Origin: Anaerolineales bacterium
Lineage (GTDB): Bacteria; Chloroflexota; Anaerolineae; Anaerolineales; UBA11579
Assembly (NCBI GenBank): GCA_024710875.1
Contig: JANJTX010000151.1
Span: 3,173 to 67,172 of the forward strand
Reading direction: 5' to 3'
Length of the DNA: 64,000 bases
Part shown: positions 23,722 through 32,970 of the stretch, in pieces
Numbering within the stretch: the stretch's first letter is position 1
Layout: every line of letters starts with the position of its first letter
Translations under genes and position numbers: made by a program
The notes under the pieces: model-generated
Told to the model about the DNA's origin: nothing
What the model saw: only the letters and a program-made list of their open reading frames with translations
Database searches by the model: none

Positions 23722-23739
23722 TTGTCCAGTAATTCACAA
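23722..23739. promoter_or_regulatory. Candidate Rex operator in the atpA / J-domain gene divergent region
   Basis: TTGTCCA-GTAA-TTCACAA is compared with the recalled Rex consensus TTGTGAA-N4-TTCACAA. The right half-site is perfect and the left has 2 mismatches. The site is 124 nt upstream of the atpA start. Confidence 0.5.
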
Positions 23740-23838
23740 TTGGGCAGTGCAGTTCGCAGGATTTGACATTTCGCGGTAGTTGGGCAGACTTGCGGTATAA
23801 TTGCGTTTTGTACTTCGCACGGTCAAAACCCTGACTCT

Positions 23839-24708
23839 ATGCCGCCCCGCAAACGTTCAACCACCCCCCGATCCAAAGACACCCGCCTTTCAACCAGCAG
23901 CGAACTGGAAGCGTTGCGCGACCGCTTGAACAAAAAGCGGGAGTTCATTGCAATTCTGGAACTGGAGCTCTTCAACACCCGCGCCGAACTGGCCGAGTGG
24001 GGCAAGCTCTACAACCTGCGAGTCGCCCCGCTGGATGCGCGCCTGCGCCAGTTACGTCGCCGCCTCTATGAGATGCTGGAAGCCCAGCGCAGCCCCGGCG
24101 AAGACGGCCCCGAGCCCTCGGATTTCGATCTGCATGAGGAAGAACAGGCCGAAGAAGAAGCCTTTGCCTACCGTGACCGCACCAACGGCCACAATGGCAA
24201 AATCAACGGCGAGGACAAGAACGGCAAAGCCCTCAGCCCCAAACTGGAAGAAGAACTGCGCCGCCTGTTCCGCGAGCTGGCCAAACGCTTCCACCCTGAC
24301 CTGACCAGCGACCCGGACGAGAAAGCCCAGCGCGACCAGATTATGACCCGCGTCAACCAGGCCTACACCGCCCGCGACATCGAAGCCCTGCGCAAACTGG
24401 CCGATGAACCAGACCGCCCGGCCGAGCCACGCCAGAGCCGCCAGGAAGAAGCCAACGCCCTGCGCAAGGAACTCAAACGGCTGGATGGCGTGATTCAAGA
24501 CCTGAAAACCACCATCCGCGTGTTGGAAGAATCACCCGCGATGCAGCTCAAGCTGGAAGCCCGCCTGCAACGCCGCGACGGGCGCGACCTGCTGACCGAA
24601 ATGGAAGCCAGCCTCAAAGAGCAGATAGAAGACCTGGAAGAGCGCCTGCTGGTGCTGGGCGTGGACGTGCATGATGTCCACCCTGACCAGAGCGTCCCGG
24701 CCAGTTAA
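23839..24708 (+). CDS. J-domain (DnaJ-like) protein with coiled-coil regions
   Basis: The central segment LFRELAKRFHPDLTSDPDEKAQRDQIMTRVNQAY contains the HPD tripeptide. The flanks are charged and coiled-coil-like. Confidence 0.75.
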   Translation: MPPRKRSTTPRSKDTRLSTSSELEALRDRLNKKREFIAILELELFNTRAELAEWGKLYNLRVAPLDARLRQLRRRLYEMLEAQRSPGEDGPEPSDFDLHEEEQAEEEAFAYRDRTNGHNGKINGEDKNGKALSPKLEEELRRLFRELAKRFHPDLTSDPDEKAQRDQIMTRVNQAYTARDIEALRKLADEPDRPAEPRQSRQEEANALRKELKRLDGVIQDLKTTIRVLEESPAMQLKLEARLQRRDGRDLLTEMEASLKEQIEDLEERLLVLGVDVHDVHPDQSVPAS

Positions 24709-24735
24709 CTCGGCCGCCACCGCTACAAACGCATA

Positions 24736-24764
24736 CCGCGCCAGCCAACGGCGCGGTTTTTTTA
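24736..24764 (+). terminator. Rho-independent terminator
   Basis: The CCGCGCC/GGCGCGG stem is followed by T7, directly after the J-domain gene. Confidence 0.8.
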
Positions 24765-24787
24765 TTTTCCCAAGTTTTTTTGGCGAT

Positions 24788-26332
24788 TTACTTGCTCTTG
24801 CGCCCCAGCAACCTTAATAACCGGGCGCGCACGTACTGGCTGACCAGCGCCAGCCCGGCCACGCCCACCCCAAAACCTACTCCGGCGCCCACGGCCACAC
24901 TCTGCACCCCCACCGGCGGCAGGATGGCCGCCATGCCCGCCGCCGCGCCCCACACCGCCAACCCCACCAGTAGGCCCGGCAGGTAAGCGGCCCGCAACAA
25001 ATCTACCAGCGACTGCGCCAGCGTTTTCATTAACATCGGCGGGTAGATGAGCGTGCCCTGGGCCAGCAGCACCAGCGCCCAGCCGGCCGCCGCCCCGCGG
25101 ATGCCCCAACCGCCTGCCATCAGCCCGACCGCCAGCGCCAGCCCCGCAACGCTGGCCGCCAGGAAGCCCCAACTCACCGCCCAGTGCTTGCCGACCCCCT
25201 GCAAGAGCGAGCGCGCCGCCAGTTGCGGCAGACCGACCGCCAGAGCGGCGGCCATCAGCGTCAGGGCCGCGGCGGCGGCTTCATAATCGGCATTGGTCCA
25301 GTCACTGCGTCCCAGCCACAGGCGCAGGGCGGGTTCGCCGTACACCGCCAGCCCGGCGGCGGCGCTGGCACCCAGCGCAAAAGTCACCCGCAGCACGCCA
25401 TCCGAGAGCGCCCGCAGTTGTTTTATATCGCCGCGCCCCTGGGCTTCGCTGGCCAGCGTGAGCAGCGGGTTGCCGATTTGCGAAATCAGCCCTGAAATAC
25501 GCATGATGAGCGTGAGTACCACGCCGTACACCCCGGCGGCCCCGGCCCCCAGTAGCGGCCCGGCCGCCAGCACAATCCCTTCGCGGTAAATAGAAGAGCC
25601 AAAGGCCATCACCATTGAGGCCAGCCCCAGGCCCAGTACCTCTTTGGCGAGTGGCAGGTCGGGCCGCGCCCACAGCCGCCGCCAACCGCCGCCCACCCGC
25701 CCGGCCACCGCCAGCAAAATCAGGTACTGCACCAGCGAGGCAACCGCCATCGCAATAGCCAGTGAAATCAAAGTAAAGGCGTTGAAGGCCAGCAGCCCCA
25801 GCACCAGCGCCACCCGCAAGAGTGAGTACACCGCCTGCATTCCGTTCACCCAGCCATAACGCTGGTAGCCGGTCAGCACGCCCGCCCCGATGCGCAACGG
25901 CAGGGCCAGTGCCAACCCGCTGGCACTGATGAGAAACACCGCCCGCGCTAGGGCATAATCCGCCGGTTGAATCCCCAGCCAGCCCGGCAGCGGCCCAACG
26001 ATGAACAGGCTGACCAGAAAAATCGCCCCGCCCGAGAGCGCCATCAAAAACAGGCTGGTGCTGGTTACGGCCGCCAGCTGGTGGGCATCCTCCGCGGCGC
26101 GCGCCCGCGCCACAAACCGCCCCACTGAATTGGATACACCCAAATTGGAGAGAATCAGAAAACTGATGGTCTGTCCGACGAGAGTCCAGATGCCGTACTG
26201 TTCCTTGCCCAGCGCTGCCACCATCAGCGGTAGCACCAGCAAGCTGAAAACCAGGTCAATCAGGTTGCCGAGCAGGCTGGCGGCCGAGCCGGTCAGGATG
26301 ACCGCACTCGGGTTGGGGCGCTTTTCAATCAT
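24788..26332 (-). CDS. Polysaccharide/oligosaccharide flippase (Wzx-like, MOP superfamily)
   Basis: The 514-aa protein has about 12-14 hydrophobic segments and a Gly/Ala/Leu-rich composition typical of Wzx/MurJ-type exporters. It is the last gene of the glycan operon. Confidence 0.7.
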   Translation of the reverse strand: MIEKRPNPSAVILTGSAASLLGNLIDLVFSLLVLPLMVAALGKEQYGIWTLVGQTISFLILSNLGVSNSVGRFVARARAAEDAHQLAAVTSTSLFLMALSGGAIFLVSLFIVGPLPGWLGIQPADYALARAVFLISASGLALALPLRIGAGVLTGYQRYGWVNGMQAVYSLLRVALVLGLLAFNAFTLISLAIAMAVASLVQYLILLAVAGRVGGGWRRLWARPDLPLAKEVLGLGLASMVMAFGSSIYREGIVLAAGPLLGAGAAGVYGVVLTLIMRISGLISQIGNPLLTLASEAQGRGDIKQLRALSDGVLRVTFALGASAAAGLAVYGEPALRLWLGRSDWTNADYEAAAAALTLMAAALAVGLPQLAARSLLQGVGKHWAVSWGFLAASVAGLALAVGLMAGGWGIRGAAAGWALVLLAQGTLIYPPMLMKTLAQSLVDLLRAAYLPGLLVGLAVWGAAAGMAAILPPVGVQSVAVGAGVGFGVGVAGLALVSQYVRARLLRLLGRKSK

Positions 26333-27218
26333 TCGTATAGCCTTGAAGATAGCCCAACCGCTGCGCCAGCGGCGCGGTCACGCGCCACACCGCGGCCTGC
26401 TCAGCGGCACTCAAGACATCAAAGGTCAAGTCCGGCGGCCGGATGCCGGGGAATTTCTCGCCCGCCGCCCCCACCAGCGAGCGCGCCCCCAGCACATGCC
26501 CGGGGCGCACTTCGCCGGGGCGCAGCATATCGGGCTGAAAGTCCAGGCCGAGGAATTCGCAAATGCGGGTCAGAGTGACCTGTGGTGCAGTACACAGGTC
26601 TTCATAGCGAATGTGCAGATAGGCCGTATCCGGTCGCAAGCGCGCCGCCTGCATCACGCGCTGGTTGTAGAACCGCCACTCGCGCCCCAGGTCTGCCAGC
26701 GATTGGTGCGCCCGCGCCGTGCGTTTACGAAACGAAATCACCTGCGCCAGCGGATGCTTGGTGAGGTGCAGCACCCGCGCCGGCGTGCCGGCCGCCAGCG
26801 GCAGCAACAGGTCGGCCAGCCGTTTGCGGCCAAAGAAAGCCACCGGCGCGCCGCTGAGTGCCTGTACTTGCGCCGGATAATCCAGCAAATGAGCGGTGTA
26901 GCGTTGGAGAGCCGCCGAAGTGGCGTAGAGCAGTTTTTGCAGAGCAAACAAACCCGGCAGCGAGAACACGGTTTTCAGCGGCCCGCTTTGAAATTCATCC
27001 CGCAGGGCGGCGTAGCCCGGCCAGCCCCGCAACGCGCCCCAGAATTCGCACTGCATGAACGGCTGGCCGCAGGCGCAGTGCGCCCGCTCATTGAGGTGGG
27101 CACGCAGAATCGTATCGCCGGTATGGCTGATTTGCGGGTGCGCATCCAGCAACAGGGCCAGCAACGAGTGACCGGAGGCCGAGACAGCCATGGATGCATG
27201 ATAAACCGGCTGGCTCAT
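26325..27218 (-). CDS. Sulfotransferase family protein
   Basis: Three sulfotransferase-like elements are present: a 5'-PSB-like loop SASGHSLLALLLDAHPQI, a 3'-PB-like LHLTKHPLAQVISFRKR, and a C-terminal YLHIRYEDLCTAPQVTLTRICEFLGL. ATGA overlap with the upstream gene indicates translational coupling. Confidence 0.7.
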   Translation of the reverse strand: MSQPVYHASMAVSASGHSLLALLLDAHPQISHTGDTILRAHLNERAHCACGQPFMQCEFWGALRGWPGYAALRDEFQSGPLKTVFSLPGLFALQKLLYATSAALQRYTAHLLDYPAQVQALSGAPVAFFGRKRLADLLLPLAAGTPARVLHLTKHPLAQVISFRKRTARAHQSLADLGREWRFYNQRVMQAARLRPDTAYLHIRYEDLCTAPQVTLTRICEFLGLDFQPDMLRPGEVRPGHVLGARSLVGAAGEKFPGIRPPDLTFDVLSAAEQAAVWRVTAPLAQRLGYLQGYTND

Positions 27219-27922
27219 TCCGCCGCTCGCCGCCCCATGAAAAACTCGGCCAACGCCAACCCCAAATCATCTTCCACATATACCCCGCGTTCGGGCGGCA
27301 TCTCATAATGCAGCATCGTGCGGCCATAGAATGAAGCATTGCGGATAAAGGCATCCCGCCGGGCGGCCAGCACCGCCCCATTGCGGATGTAGGGCAGGGC
27401 CAGATGCCGCCGTTGAACACCTAACGGCGCCTTGAACAGCGGCTCCAGCCGCTCGCCTTTAAGCGTGTAAGCCAGGTAGGGATTATCGTTCAGCGGCGGG
27501 CTGACGGAAATCACCGAGTCAGCCCTGGGATTATCCAGCAGCAGCTGGAGGGTGTTGTCAATATCCTCGGCGGTGCGTAACGGTGCGCCGGGCGAGAGCA
27601 AAACCACTATGTCTGGCTGGATATTTTCCGCCGCTTCCAGCCAACCCAGCGCATGCAGGGCTACCGCCACCGGAGAAATGTCCTCCCCGGCAAGGTGCTC
27701 CGGCCGGTTGAAGGGCACTTCGCCGCCATACTCACGCGCCAGTGCCCGGATGCGACCATCTTCAGTAGAAACGATGGTACGCGTGAGCAGCTGGCTGGCC
27801 TGGGCCGCCCGCAGGGTATGCACCAGCAAGGGCAGGCCCGCCAGTTGGCGGGTATTTTTTTGAATCAACCCCTGGCTGCCGCCCCGGGCCGGAACCACCC
27901 CAAATATATAGGGCTTGGACAT
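27215..27922 (-). CDS. CMP-sugar cytidylyltransferase (NeuA/KdsB family), paralog 1
   Basis: The N-terminal VPARGGSQGLIQKNTRQLAGLPLL motif matches the acylneuraminate cytidylyltransferase signature P-A-R-x-x-S-x-x-x-x-x-K-N. Confidence 0.8.
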   Translation of the reverse strand: MSKPYIFGVVPARGGSQGLIQKNTRQLAGLPLLVHTLRAAQASQLLTRTIVSTEDGRIRALAREYGGEVPFNRPEHLAGEDISPVAVALHALGWLEAAENIQPDIVVLLSPGAPLRTAEDIDNTLQLLLDNPRADSVISVSPPLNDNPYLAYTLKGERLEPLFKAPLGVQRRHLALPYIRNGAVLAARRDAFIRNASFYGRTMLHYEMPPERGVYVEDDLGLALAEFFMGRRAAE

Positions 27923-27972
27923 AGCGCTGCGCTCCTTGCCAGTGTGCGGCGATTATACAGGACAAGCCCCGC

Positions 27973-28866
27973 CTAGCTGCGGCGCGGCACAAGCCCCAGC
28001 CAGAGCGCCAAAGCATACAGCATGCGGTGGCTGTGTTTGAGGGCGTAGGCCGGGTCATTCTTCAACGCGCGGGCGTAGGCTTGCAGAGCCGGGCCGGGCG
28101 CGCCGCCATCCAGCAGGTAGCGCGCCGCCAGCCGGTGCGCCCCGCCCTGTACCCGCCGCGGGCGTTGTTGAATGCGCCGGGCCAATTCCGGCTGGGTTTG
28201 AGCCCATTCGAGAATGCGGTAGATTTCGGTACTGAAACCACCCGCCTGGGCAGTGTTCTTGGCGGCCGGGTGGTGGCGGGCCGCGGCCCACACTTGCGGC
28301 ACATAGCGCAGGCCACCCTGCTGCCCCAGCCGCAGCCACAACTGATGGTCAAGTAGAAAATGATAAGAAGGGTCCAGCAGGCCAGCTTTTTCCAGGGCGC
28401 TGCGGCGCATGAACACGCTTGGCTGGCCGATGATGCGAAAGGCCAGCAGGTCATCCAGCGTATAGGGTGCGTAACGGATGGTGTTGAAGACCTGCCCGGC
28501 CGCATCCAGCGATTCGAGGTCGCCAAACACGAACGCCAGGGTCGGGTCAGCCGCCAGCGCAGCCAGCGCCGCCTGCGCCGCCCCGGGGCGGTACACATCG
28601 TCGGAGTTCAGCCAGGCGACCACCTCGCCAGTGGCGCGCCCCAACCCTTTGTTAATCGCCTCGGCCTGGCCGCTATCCGGCTCGGAAACCCAGTAGGCCA
28701 GCCGTTCAGCGTAGCGCCGGATGATGTCCACGCTGCCATCGGTCGAGCCGCCATCCATGACGATGTACTCCAGGTTAGGGATATCCTGCCCCAGCACGGA
28801 CTGGATGGTTGCCTCCAGATAGGCAGCCTGGTTATAGGACGGGGTAATTATGGAAAGCGAAGTCAC
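27973..28866 (-). CDS. Glycosyltransferase family 2
   Basis: The protein reads SIITPSYNQAAYLEATIQSVLGQ...IVMDGGSTDGS, with a later DxD-like SDD. Confidence 0.85.
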   Translation of the reverse strand: MTSLSIITPSYNQAAYLEATIQSVLGQDIPNLEYIVMDGGSTDGSVDIIRRYAERLAYWVSEPDSGQAEAINKGLGRATGEVVAWLNSDDVYRPGAAQAALAALAADPTLAFVFGDLESLDAAGQVFNTIRYAPYTLDDLLAFRIIGQPSVFMRRSALEKAGLLDPSYHFLLDHQLWLRLGQQGGLRYVPQVWAAARHHPAAKNTAQAGGFSTEIYRILEWAQTQPELARRIQQRPRRVQGGAHRLAARYLLDGGAPGPALQAYARALKNDPAYALKHSHRMLYALALWLGLVPRRS

Positions 28867-30356
28867 GGAATGAGAGGCTTGCGCAGGTCAAAAATGGTCA
28901 GCGCGCCTTCCTGATGCAGCAGGATTTCATAGTTGGCATACAGGTGGTCGCGCAATTCGGGCTGGCGTTCCAACTGATTGTTGGTCGTGACCAGAAAGAC
29001 ATCCATACCCTCGGTGTACTGCGCCCACTGCTCGGCAAAGGACCGCGTATCCACGCCGCGCGCCTCGGCCAACGCCAGTTCGCCGGTGACCGGCCACAAC
29101 CGCACCTGGCGCCAGCCATAATAGGAAAGCGGGTAGCCGTACTGCTGGGTCAGGGCGATGACTTTTGCCTCCGGCGGTAAATGCGCCCCGACTTGAATCC
29201 AGTATTCCGGGTCTTTACGATGGTCCACCGAAAGCATTTGCGAACGCGCCAGCCAGCCCGGCAGGGCAACCGCCACCAGCGCCAGCCCGACCGCCGCCGC
29301 CCGCCAGAAGCGCGGCTGGTTGGCAAGGTGCGGCAACACTGCCGCCGCCAGCGGCGCCAGCGAGAGCGCAATCACTGGCACCAGTTGCAGGTGGTAATAA
29401 TCATGGGTGATGGTCTGGTGCGGCACCGAGAGACCGTAAAGGCCATAGCCCAGCCACAGGCCCAGCAAAGCCGCCCGGCCGGCGCCGCGCGCCAGTACCA
29501 GCCCGAACAGACCCAGAAACACAAAGGCCAGCCCCACCAGTTCGCCCAGCCACAGCGCCCAGCGGATGTAGAACTCCGGCGTGAGCAGCATCCCGGCCAG
29601 CGCCACGAACCAGGCCTGGAAATAGTTGCCGGCCGCGTCGCCGCGCCCCACAAAGTACGCCAGGAGGTTGGGGAGCAGCATCAGAGCCGCCATCGCCCAC
29701 ACCTGGCGGTTTTTGAAGGCCGCCCGCAAACCCAGCGCCTGCCACACCACCGCCACCATCAGCCCCGCCACCATATAGGCCGCAAACAGCTTCACCAGCG
29801 CCGCCAGCCCGCCGAACAACCCGGCCAGCAGGGCATACTTCCATGTTTTTTCCTCGGCCCAGCCCAGCGCCGCCCAGATAGCGAGGCACAGAAACATCAC
29901 CATCAGCGGCTCGGGCTGGAAGGAACGGCTGGCAATCACCGCAAACGGCAGAAACAGCATATACGCCAGCGATACCAATGCCGCGCCCGGAGTCGCCAGC
30001 CGCCGGGCGGCCGCCGCCAGCGCCGCGGCCGCCACCCCCCAGAACAGGATGGCATAGATACGCGCCACCCACAGTTCGGTGATGCCGGTCACGCGCCAGG
30101 TGGCCGCCACCAGCGTTTCAAAAATAGGGGGCTCAAAATCCACGATGGACTCGCGCAGCGCTACCGCGGTTTCGCGTTCAGCCTGGGTAGCTTCCGGCAG
30201 GTTCAGGTAGTAGATGCCGCGGGTGATAATCGCCGCCCGCAACTGGCGCGTGGGGCTGAAATCCAGCGGAGCATCGGTCAGGTCAATGAAACGCAGGCCG
30301 AGCCCCAGCAGGATCAGGGTGGCCATCAGCAGGAGAAAGTTTCGGTTGGTCATCAC
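28863..30356 (-). CDS. GT-C fold glycosyltransferase (ArnT/PMT_2-like, family 39-like)
   Basis: The 497-aa protein has about 11 TM segments plus a soluble C-terminal domain. An early loop FIDLTDAPLDFSP reads as an acidic motif. It overlaps the GT2 gene by 4 nt. Confidence 0.7.
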   Translation of the reverse strand: MMTNRNFLLLMATLILLGLGLRFIDLTDAPLDFSPTRQLRAAIITRGIYYLNLPEATQAERETAVALRESIVDFEPPIFETLVAATWRVTGITELWVARIYAILFWGVAAAALAAAARRLATPGAALVSLAYMLFLPFAVIASRSFQPEPLMVMFLCLAIWAALGWAEEKTWKYALLAGLFGGLAALVKLFAAYMVAGLMVAVVWQALGLRAAFKNRQVWAMAALMLLPNLLAYFVGRGDAAGNYFQAWFVALAGMLLTPEFYIRWALWLGELVGLAFVFLGLFGLVLARGAGRAALLGLWLGYGLYGLSVPHQTITHDYYHLQLVPVIALSLAPLAAAVLPHLANQPRFWRAAAVGLALVAVALPGWLARSQMLSVDHRKDPEYWIQVGAHLPPEAKVIALTQQYGYPLSYYGWRQVRLWPVTGELALAEARGVDTRSFAEQWAQYTEGMDVFLVTTNNQLERQPELRDHLYANYEILLHQEGALTIFDLRKPLIP

Positions 30357-30398
30357 GGATTAGTATACAGGAATCCGGCGGAGGGTCGGTAGCCAGTG

Positions 30399-31202
30399 TC
30401 AGAACAAGCTGGCGTAGTCCACCTTGTCAAAGACAGTCAGCTTGCCACCCACCGTCGCATCCAGCACCTGCCGCCCGGCCCGCACATAGGCCTGGCGCGC
30501 CATGCGGTAGCCGATTTCCGAAGTCTCCAGGTCCGGCAGTTGCCAGCGGAAGCCTTTGCCAAAGTAGCTGGCATGGAAATGGTCGGGGTCATCACCCGCC
30601 GAGGTGATGGTGGTGTTGGGCGTGCCCCGGGTGGCGAAGTTATGGTCCACGCCAATCAGAATCACCTGTTGAAAGCCCATGTGAAAGGCCAGTTGCAGGG
30701 CCACATAAGTAACGGTCGCCCCTTCCCACAGGCGGCCGCGCGCATCCCGGGCGAACTTAGGGCCGATGTAGGTGGTGTGCAGAAAAGAAGTGTACTCATC
30801 CAGCCCGACCCACTCACGGGCGCGCCAGGTCAGGAACTTGGGCATGTTGAGGGCCGCGATTTCAGCGGCGGTCTGTTGAATGACAAGGTCATTAACCGAC
30901 ACGAAGAAAGAGGTTTCAAAGCCCCAATCTTGAAAGGCCAGATAAATCCGGTTGAGGCCAAAGGTGTATTCGTTTTCCAGTTTGCTGACATCGGTGTGTT
31001 TCAAGCTCGGCCCGTTGCCGATGATGAAACAGCGTTCTCCTGCAAAAAGGTCTTTTTGTTCTCCCAGCCGCCGGATGCTGGCGCGCCGCCACGGGTGAAA
31101 AGTCGCCTGCGGCCACTGGCGGGCATGCAACAACCCCAGATAGGCCGCCCGGCCAGCCCGCCACACGAGTTCCGGGGTGAGTTGCTTCAGCCGGTTGCGC
31201 AT
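30399..31202 (-). CDS. DUF115 / MptE-like protein with GT42 (Cst-type sialyltransferase)-like motifs
   Basis: FIIGNGPSLKHTDVSKLENEYTFGLNRIYL parallels the recalled Campylobacter Cst-II N-terminus IIAGNGPSLKEIDYSRLPNDFDVFRCNQFYF. The later MGFQQVILIGVDHNF parallels LGYKEIYLSGIDFY. Confidence 0.65.
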   Translation of the reverse strand: MRNRLKQLTPELVWRAGRAAYLGLLHARQWPQATFHPWRRASIRRLGEQKDLFAGERCFIIGNGPSLKHTDVSKLENEYTFGLNRIYLAFQDWGFETSFFVSVNDLVIQQTAAEIAALNMPKFLTWRAREWVGLDEYTSFLHTTYIGPKFARDARGRLWEGATVTYVALQLAFHMGFQQVILIGVDHNFATRGTPNTTITSAGDDPDHFHASYFGKGFRWQLPDLETSEIGYRMARQAYVRAGRQVLDATVGGKLTVFDKVDYASLF

Positions 31203-31207
31203 GCCCG

Positions 31208-31972
31208 TTACTCGGTACTTAAGCGAGTGGTGGCCCCGCCATCCACCACCAGCGGCTGGCCGGTCATGAAGGACGATTGTTCGTTATCGGCGAGGAAATA
31301 AATCCCACGGGCGATTTCATCCGGCGTGCCAATCCGGCCGATGACGGTACGCGCCGCCAGGGCGTCCAGCCGGTCTTCTACGCTGGCGCTGCCAAAGGTA
31401 CTGCGCTTCACCCCGCCGCGTAGCATTTTGGTATCCACCGCGCCAGGCAAAATGGCGTTGGCGCGCACGCCATCCGGGGCGAACTCAATCGCCATGGCAC
31501 GCGTCAGGGCCAGCAGTGCGCCCTTGCTGGCGGCATAGGCTGCTACTTCAGCGCTGGTGGCAACCGCGTGCACCGATGCCACATTCACCACCGCCCCGCC
31601 GGCGGCTTTGAGCAGCGGGTAGGCTGCTTTGGTACACAGAAACGGCGCCCGTAGATTGACGGCCATGAGGGCTTCCCACTCTTCCAGTGAGGTATCGACC
31701 AGTTTTTTACCCAATCCTACGGCCGCGTTATTCACCAACGCATCCAGCGATTTGGTTGCGCGCTTCACCTGCTTGAAAATCACTTGGATGTCTTCGGGTT
31801 TGGCGATGTCCTGCTTGATGAATAGGCCGCTGGCCGGGAAGCCTTTACCGAACTGAATGCGGTCCACCCCAAACACCCGCCAGCCCTGGGCGGCGAAATG
31901 CAAGACCGTGGCGCGGCCAATACCGCCGGCCGCCCCGGTAATCAGTACGGTGCGCGGTGGGCTGGCGGTCAT
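31208..31972 (-). CDS. Short-chain dehydrogenase/reductase (SDR)
   Basis: The TGAAGGIGRAT cofactor motif, NNAAV, and the catalytic Y-x3-K (YAASKGAL) are present. The start is set at MTASPP, giving an ATGA overlap with the upstream gene. Confidence 0.85.
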   Translation of the reverse strand: MTASPPRTVLITGAAGGIGRATVLHFAAQGWRVFGVDRIQFGKGFPASGLFIKQDIAKPEDIQVIFKQVKRATKSLDALVNNAAVGLGKKLVDTSLEEWEALMAVNLRAPFLCTKAAYPLLKAAGGAVVNVASVHAVATSAEVAAYAASKGALLALTRAMAIEFAPDGVRANAILPGAVDTKMLRGGVKRSTFGSASVEDRLDALAARTVIGRIGTPDEIARGIYFLADNEQSSFMTGQPLVVDGGATTRLSTE

Positions 31973-32940
31973 TTCTGGTTGACCCATGTGTCCAAATCCG
32001 GATGGGGAATGTCCAGGCCCTGCAAGAGGTTGCGGATGGAATTCCAATGCACCGCTTCCCACGCCCGCGGGCTGGAGTTGGCGTTGTGGGGAGCCAGCAT
32101 GACATTGTCCATCGTCAGCAGGGGGCTGTCTTTGGGTAATGGTTCGTATTCAAAGACATCCAGCGCCGCCCCGCCGAGGTGGCTGCTTTGCAGGGCGGCT
32201 ATCAAGGCCGGCTCATCCACCAGCGGGCCACGCGCGGCGTTAATCACCACCGCGCCGGGCTTCATCTGGGCCAGCGTCTCGGCGTTCACGATGTGGCGGC
32301 TGGTGGGATTGAGGTCGCAGGTGAGGGCGACAAAGTCAGCCCCCGCCAGTAGATTTTCGAGCGAGGTCATTTCCACGCCGACTTCGGCCACAAAAGCCGG
32401 GTCAATGTCAATAATATCGGTGCCGAGCAGGGTCATGCCAAAGGCCTGCGCCCGCCGCAACGCAGCCTTGCCGATGTTGCCCACCCCCACCACGCCCAGC
32501 GTGCACTCGCCCAGGCTGTGGCCAGCGATTTTCTGCCACTCGCCGCGCTTCATGGCCGCATCCATCCACGGCTGGCGGCGGGCAAAGGCCAGCATGTAGC
32601 CCAGAATGGTATCGGCCACCGGGATGGTGAAGGCATTGGGGGTATTGCCCACCAGCACGCCGTTGGCGTTGGCAAAGGCCTTATCAATCGAGTCGATTCC
32701 TGTGCCCCACTTGGAGATCACTTTGAGGCGCGGTAGGCAGGCCTGAATGACTTCCGGGGTGTAGCGGTCATCGCCGCAGATGGTGCCGTCAAACTGCCCG
32801 GCATAAGCCAGCAGGTCGGCGGCTTCCATGCGTTCTTCCACGGCTGGCACAAGTACCTCGAGCCCGTAATAATCAAAAACGGGCTGAAAGCGTTCCCGAA
32901 AGGGAATCATGTAGGGGGCGGTCAGGAGGACGGTGGGCAT
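31969..32940 (-). CDS. D-isomer-specific 2-hydroxyacid dehydrogenase family protein
   Basis: The NAD motif GVVGVGNIGKAALRRAQAFGM is present. The catalytic-region sequences ARGPLVDE and PHNANSS are also present. Confidence 0.85.
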   Translation of the reverse strand: MPTVLLTAPYMIPFRERFQPVFDYYGLEVLVPAVEERMEAADLLAYAGQFDGTICGDDRYTPEVIQACLPRLKVISKWGTGIDSIDKAFANANGVLVGNTPNAFTIPVADTILGYMLAFARRQPWMDAAMKRGEWQKIAGHSLGECTLGVVGVGNIGKAALRRAQAFGMTLLGTDIIDIDPAFVAEVGVEMTSLENLLAGADFVALTCDLNPTSRHIVNAETLAQMKPGAVVINAARGPLVDEPALIAALQSSHLGGAALDVFEYEPLPKDSPLLTMDNVMLAPHNANSSPRAWEAVHWNSIRNLLQGLDIPHPDLDTWVNQK

Positions 32941-32970
32941 GGCGGGATTCTAACAGAGCGCGGGGCGTAG

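Noticed and set aside
23763-23801. TTGACA ... TATAAT pair upstream of the J-domain gene
   Set aside because: Both hexamers are perfect but are separated by 27 nt, which is too far for a single sigma-70 promoter. I did not call it.
29181-30392. 403-aa plus-strand ORF
   Set aside because: It is antisense to the GT-C membrane protein. It is extremely Arg/Gln/His/Pro-rich and not membrane-like.
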